Assembly: GCA_035515475.1 (NCBI GenBank) | Contig: DATJBF010000070.1 | Span: forward strand, 3,228-67,227 | Direction: 5' to 3' | Length of the DNA: 64,000 bases | Source: Verrucomicrobiia bacterium | GTDB lineage: Bacteria > Verrucomicrobiota > Verrucomicrobiia > Palsa-1439 | Part shown: in pieces, positions 59,618 to 64,000 of the stretch | Numbering within the stretch: position 1 is the stretch's first letter | How the letters are laid out: each line of letters opens with the position of its first letter | Translations under genes and position numbers: made by a program | The notes under the pieces: generated by a model | Seen by the model: only the letters and a program-made list of their open reading frames with translations | The model's database searches: none | Told to the model about the DNA's origin: nothing

Positions 59618-60253
59618 ATGAGCGAAAAGTGGAAGGCCATTCGGAACTCATTTGTCGCAGGCCTGTTGGTCGTGATGCCCTTGGCCGCCTCGATTTTGAT
59701 CCTGCTTTCATTGTTCACCTGGGTCACCGATTTCATGCTGCCCGAATCGCTCCGAAAGCAGATGTTGACTCCCCTGTATCGCATCGTCGCGCTGGTGGCG
59801 TTCCTGGTTTTCACTACGGTGGTGGGTTGGGTGACGCGCTTGGTGGTGGGCCGACGGATGATTGCCCTGGGAGAGGCGATCATTGCCCGCGTGCCACTGC
59901 TGAACAAGACGTACATATTCATCAAGGAGATTAGCCACACGCTGTTTTCGGGGCGCAAAACCATGTTCCAACGCGTGGTGCTGGTGGAGTATCCCCGGGC
60001 GGGTGTTTACACGATCGGTTTCGTGACCAGCGAGGCGGTGGGGGAGACCCAAGTGAAGACCCCCGGCCAGGTCATCAACGTGTTTTTTCCCACCACGCCG
60101 AATCCCACCAGCGGATGGTTGGCGCTGGTGCCGCGCAGTCAGGTGATCGATCTCGACATGAGTGTGGCCGACGGGATGCGGTTGATCGTATCCGGCGGCG
60201 CGATCGTTCCGCCGTTTACGCCCAAGACCCTGCCGCCGGCCGATTCCCGGTAG
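59618..60253 (+). CDS. DUF502 membrane protein
   Basis: 'F.AGLLV..PL', 'VLVEYPR.G....GFVT', 'PTTPNPTSG'; promoter TTGACA-N17-TACGAT 9 nt before ATG. Confidence 0.92.
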   Translation: MSEKWKAIRNSFVAGLLVVMPLAASILILLSLFTWVTDFMLPESLRKQMLTPLYRIVALVAFLVFTTVVGWVTRLVVGRRMIALGEAIIARVPLLNKTYIFIKEISHTLFSGRKTMFQRVVLVEYPRAGVYTIGFVTSEAVGETQVKTPGQVINVFFPTTPNPTSGWLALVPRSQVIDLDMSVADGMRLIVSGGAIVPPFTPKTLPPADSR

Positions 60254-60258
60254 CGCAC

Positions 60259-60903
60259 ATGGACACGGAACGTGTCGAGGCGATCGTCTTGCGGAAACAG
60301 TCCGTCACCGAATCCAGCCTGATTGTCACCTGGTTTACCCGCGAGGTCGGCAAGCTGAAAACGTTGGCCAAGGGCGCACGCCGGCCCAAAGGTCCGTTCC
60401 AAGGGAAAATCGACCTCTTTTATCGCGATGAAATCGTCTTTCTGCGCAGCCGAAGGAGCGACCTCCATTTGCTCCACGATTGTTTCCTGGAAGACCCGCA
60501 CAAAGAATTGCGTGATTCCGTGGGAGCCCTGACGGCCGCCTCGTATGTCGGCGAGTTGGTTGACCTGGCTACCGAGTGGGAGGACCCGAACCCGAAGTTG
60601 TTCGACGTCTTGGCGGCAACGCTTGATGCACTGGGAATTCAGCGGGGGAGAACCGCCGCCATCATCTGGTTCGAGCTCCAGCTACTCGCCGCGGCTGGCT
60701 GGGCGCCCCAGTGGGAGCCGCGCACCGCCGTCACCAGAGTTCTGGAGTCTCTGTCGGCCACCGGCCTCGAAGGCGCCCGTCGCGTTCGGCTCAGCGAAAG
60801 TCAGATCGCCGATGCCCGTGGCGTGGTTTGGCAGCTGCTCGACTCGCAACTCGGCCGAGCGCCGCGTTCCCGCACCCTCCTGACAAAAACCGTGCTGCAG
60901 TGA
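60259..60903 (+). CDS. recO: DNA repair protein RecO
   Basis: 'AIVLR', 'ESS.IV..FT...GK....AKGARR.K', 'FELQLL..AG..P'. Confidence 0.88.
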   Translation: MDTERVEAIVLRKQSVTESSLIVTWFTREVGKLKTLAKGARRPKGPFQGKIDLFYRDEIVFLRSRRSDLHLLHDCFLEDPHKELRDSVGALTAASYVGELVDLATEWEDPNPKLFDVLAATLDALGIQRGRTAAIIWFELQLLAAAGWAPQWEPRTAVTRVLESLSATGLEGARRVRLSESQIADARGVVWQLLDSQLGRAPRSRTLLTKTVLQ

Positions 60904-60963
60904 CCTGCCGCCGCGAATCGCGTTCGCGGTTTCGGTCGGGGCCGGCCGCGCGGTTCGCGCCCG

Positions 60964-61752
60964 TTACCCCTTGCGCGGCGGTGGGCAAATGCCATTGGGA
61001 GAACTACGGGCGAACTCAATGAATTCCCTGGCCTCGGCGGTCACAAACGAGCCGTCTTCGGATGCGCGCTTGACAGCTTCGGAGCCGTTCAGGCCGGAGA
61101 GATAAAACAGTTTGAACAGCTTCTTCAGTTCCGCGACCGATGCTACGGGAATTTTGGCGCGGCGCAGGCCCACGAGGTTCAGCGCATGGATCTCGTTGCG
61201 CTCCGCCGCCAGGGTGAACGGCGGCACGTCCATCGACACGCGCGCGTTGCCTGAGAACATGGCCAGCCTCCCGATGTGCGTGAATTGGTGGATGACGACT
61301 CCGCCGGAGATGAACGCGTTGTTGCCGACGTGGGCGTGGCCGGCCACCAGGGCGCAGTTGCAGATGATGACGTGGTTGCCGATGACGCAGTTGTGTCCCA
61401 CGTGCGACAATCCCATGAGATAACAATCGTCTCCGATCACGGTGGCGCTCTCGGGGTCGGTGCCGCGGTGCACCGTGCAATACTCGCGAAAGACGTTGCG
61501 ATGGCCGATGCGCAGGTAGCTGCGGCAGGAGCGGTCGAACTTCAAATCCTGCGGCTCGTGTCCGATCACCGCGCCCATGTGGATTTCGTTGTCGCGACCG
61601 ATTTCCGTGTGGCCGGTGATGTAGGCATTGGCCCAGACCCGTGTTCCCGCGCCGATCTTCACGTGGTCTTCGACGATGGCGTTCGGTCCGACCGCAACAG
61701 TCGAATCAAGCTCCGCCTTCGGGCTGACGATCGCTGTCGGATGAATGGGCAT
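60964..61752 (-). CDS. lpxA: UDP-N-acetylglucosamine acyltransferase
   Basis: 'IHPTA.V', 'G.EPQDLK', 'REYCTVHRGT', 'HVGHNC', 'HQF', 'DVPPF', 'LNLVGL.R'. Confidence 0.94.
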   Translation of the reverse strand: MPIHPTAIVSPKAELDSTVAVGPNAIVEDHVKIGAGTRVWANAYITGHTEIGRDNEIHMGAVIGHEPQDLKFDRSCRSYLRIGHRNVFREYCTVHRGTDPESATVIGDDCYLMGLSHVGHNCVIGNHVIICNCALVAGHAHVGNNAFISGGVVIHQFTHIGRLAMFSGNARVSMDVPPFTLAAERNEIHALNLVGLRRAKIPVASVAELKKLFKLFYLSGLNGSEAVKRASEDGSFVTAEAREFIEFARSSPNGICPPPRKG

Positions 61753-61844
61753 GGCGGGGGCGAGTATAGGCAATCAGCGGCTGATTCGCAAAACAAGAAG
61801 AGGCCGGGCGGTCCCGGCCTCTCAGGTCAGAAAACCCAGCGCAT

Positions 61845-62396
61845 TTAGAATGCGGCGTTGATGATCGGAACGACGCTCCAATTCTCCTTGCTCTTGATTT
61901 CGTTCCACAGACCGATCTGGATCCCCGTCATGTCATCGGCAAAATTCGCCACCCCGATTTGCAGGCCGTGGATGTTGCCGGATCGGTTCACGATTCCGAC
62001 CTGCAAGCCGGACATGCCCGCATCCGCACCGCTGTAGATCCCGCTCAATTGCAGGCCACGGGCCTCGCCGTGCACGGTATTGAGCAAGCCGAACGCGACG
62101 CCGCTGAACCGATCCTTCGTCTCGTGCATCAGGCCGACGTCCACGCCCGACATGTTCTGGTTCTCGCCGTAGATGTTCAATCGCAATCCGCGAATGGACT
62201 GATCTTGTGGCACCAACTGGATCGTCGGTACGAGCGCCAATTGCAGTGGTGCGACCGGCTCCGACGCCGAAGCTGGACTGGCCGGTGTGGCTGGCGCTGT
62301 GCCGGTGTTGCCCACCTGCCCCTTGTCAGCGTAGGACGCACTGGCGAGTGAGATCACCACGGTTGTGACCACTCCAAGAATCCGAAACCTCCTCAT
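61845..62396 (-). CDS. Secreted/outer-membrane protein with G(L/I)Q(I/V)G repeats (LA_2272-like)
   Basis: Signal peptide, SD GGAGG, repeats GLQLSG/GLQVG/GLQIG/GIQIG, C-terminal Phe. Confidence 0.65.
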   Translation of the reverse strand: MRRFRILGVVTTVVISLASASYADKGQVGNTGTAPATPASPASASEPVAPLQLALVPTIQLVPQDQSIRGLRLNIYGENQNMSGVDVGLMHETKDRFSGVAFGLLNTVHGEARGLQLSGIYSGADAGMSGLQVGIVNRSGNIHGLQIGVANFADDMTGIQIGLWNEIKSKENWSVVPIINAAF

Positions 62397-62593
62397 AACG
62401 TATCCTCCCTTTGCTTATGGTTTGCCTGCACGACCTCCCCACTACTTCGCGTGAAGACAACGCCAATAACTCTCCCAACGCGTCGACTCTGTCAAGCCCA
62501 GACATCTCGAGCGCCAGCAGTTCCACGGTGTCTGCCGTTGACCTCCGACGCCGGCAGTGCTTACAATCCGCCCGGGCCAAAGACCGTCAGTCG

Positions 62594-63253
62594 ATGAGAC
62601 CAAAGCGCAAGCTCTGGCTGGTTGTTGCCGCGATCATCGCCGCCCTGCTGTTCTGGGTTGGCCTCGACCTGTTCGGCCCGCGCCGCGCGGATATTCGCCG
62701 GTTTGACCCGAACGAAGTGGCACACCTAGACTCCGTGATGTGGCGTTCCTACTACGAGCGGAACCCGCGTGAACTATTCTTCCAACTCGCCGAGTTGATG
62801 CGTCGCCAATTCCATTTCCCGCTGCTCCGGTCCAATGAAGTCGCCGCCTACGCCGCGAAAGCCGCTTTCATCTTCAAAGACGGTCACAACCGCGCCGAGT
62901 ACGAACAGGCTCTGCCTGAGTTGGTGAAGTACTTCCAGGCGATCCGCGACATCAGCGCCGAGCCGTTCGACGTGCCGCGCGCGGCAAAGTTGGAATTGGA
63001 GTGGTGGATTGTACACCGCGAACGGGAGAACCACGCCGATGGCGATCTGCCGCGGGCGCTGGCTGAAGCCGCTGCGGAGCTTTATCAGGTGCCGCCCGAC
63101 AAGCTGATGGAATACGGGCGCTACCGGGCGGAGGCGATGAAGATTCGCGACGCAAAAGCCGCCGCGGGCGGCCTCACCGAGGACGACTGGCGCCACATTG
63201 AGACCGACCTCCAATCCTCGTGGCAATCACTATGGAAAGCGATTCAGCCGTAA
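62594..63253 (+). CDS. Hypothetical helical protein with N-terminal membrane anchor
   Basis: MRPKRKLW + TM helix; promoter TTGACC-N18-TACAAT upstream; coding-like codon usage. Confidence 0.7.
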   Translation: MRPKRKLWLVVAAIIAALLFWVGLDLFGPRRADIRRFDPNEVAHLDSVMWRSYYERNPRELFFQLAELMRRQFHFPLLRSNEVAAYAAKAAFIFKDGHNRAEYEQALPELVKYFQAIRDISAEPFDVPRAAKLELEWWIVHRERENHADGDLPRALAEAAAELYQVPPDKLMEYGRYRAEAMKIRDAKAAAGGLTEDDWRHIETDLQSSWQSLWKAIQP

Positions 63254-63440
63254 TCACTTCCCGTCTCGTGCGGGCGAAAGGCTTCGCCTCGCCGCCCCGG
63301 GAAGGATAGCGCGGAAGTCGCCTTGACTTCGTGGTTTCGGAAGAGCTATAAGGACGTTAGTCGACCCCGTTTGGGGCTGTATCCATACAGCCTTGTGAGA
63401 GTGTAGTTCAGGCGAGAAGCGCGGGCACAAAAAGGACCGT

Positions 63441-64000
63441 ATGCGAGTGAGTTCGCTCTTTCGGCATTTCGTGCGAATCTTGGTTTGCGTCACCTGTTTG
63501 TCGATCGGCCTTGCCATCTCGCAGTCCTGTACGGCAACAGTGTTCACCGACAGCGTATTCTTGTCGCCTGATTTATATCCGCCGCCGGGCATTCAGCATG
63601 GCTTCGAAATCCAAGCCTGGACGCAGCCGAGCGGTGGCGGCGACGGTGGATTTGTCTGGGCGAGCGTCGACGACAACCTCACTTTGAGCCCGTATGCGTA
63701 TACCGCTGGGATCGGCGAGCGCTGGTTCAGTGTCGGTTATGGGGCGGTCTTCGACCACGCCGCTCTCTCGACTGCAACGCCGTTCGCGAATAATCTCACG
63801 GCACCGTTCACACCCGGCCAGATGCAGTTGTCTGTTGGGCAGGATTTCTATCTCGCATTCTGGCTCGACTCGTCGCCGTCGCCCTACACGTATGGATGGG
63901 CGCATTTGAAACTCACGAGCCCCACATCGTTGACGTTACTGGGCAGCGCGATTGAGAACTCGGGGTCGGGGATCGTTGTGGGAACCACGACCGTTGTTCC
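63441..64000 (+). CDS. Secreted protein, probable PEP-CTERM (3'-truncated; not in the ORF track)
   Basis: Open frame MRVSSLFRHFVRILVCVTCLSIGLA...GWAHLKL...LLGSAIENSGSGIVVGTTTVV(P) runs off the window where VPEP is expected. Confidence 0.7.
   Translation, partial: MRVSSLFRHFVRILVCVTCLSIGLAISQSCTATVFTDSVFLSPDLYPPPGIQHGFEIQAWTQPSGGGDGGFVWASVDDNLTLSPYAYTAGIGERWFSVGYGAVFDHAALSTATPFANNLTAPFTPGQMQLSVGQDFYLAFWLDSSPSPYTYGWAHLKLTSPTSLTLLGSAIENSGSGIVVGTTTVV

Noticed and set aside
63375-63392. LexA SOS box
   Set aside because: CTGT-N6-ACAG rather than N8, and the downstream gene is not a repair gene

Overview
GC-rich bacterial chromosomal segment. It is most consistent with Verrucomicrobiota (PVC superphylum), inferred from skp-lpxD, fused secDF, alpha2-type glyS, a probable PEP-CTERM gene and secreted proteins with DxDGDG/YYRI tails. 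Housekeeping genes (skp, lpxD, clpB, ilvB, tgt-yajC-secDF-recJ, rpmB, glyS, phoH-ybeY, recO, lpxA) and a complete arginine-to-putrescine locus are interleaved with four notable accessory blocks. (1) Five tandem GT-C (GT39/PMT-like) glycosyltransferase genes separated by exactly 52-bp spacers, each with its own -10 box 8-9 nt before ATG. (2) A 93-bp duplicate of the glyS 5' end that differs only by two synonymous changes. (3) A ~13.4-kb TonB receptor-YfiR-multi-kinase phosphorelay cluster in which YfiN-like sensor modules are fused to histidine kinases. (4) Two paralogous secreted EEP-BACON proteins with a shared C-terminal domain, flanking a TMTC-like (GT-C + TPR) gene. This last block is a candidate dedicated protein O-glycosylation system. 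REP-like palindromes and heptamer repeats sit in-frame inside xdhC, mocA, tgt and recJ, and many promoters appear leaderless or near-leaderless. No rRNA, tRNA, CRISPR array, transposase or integrase was found. All family assignments come from motif recognition, not database searches.
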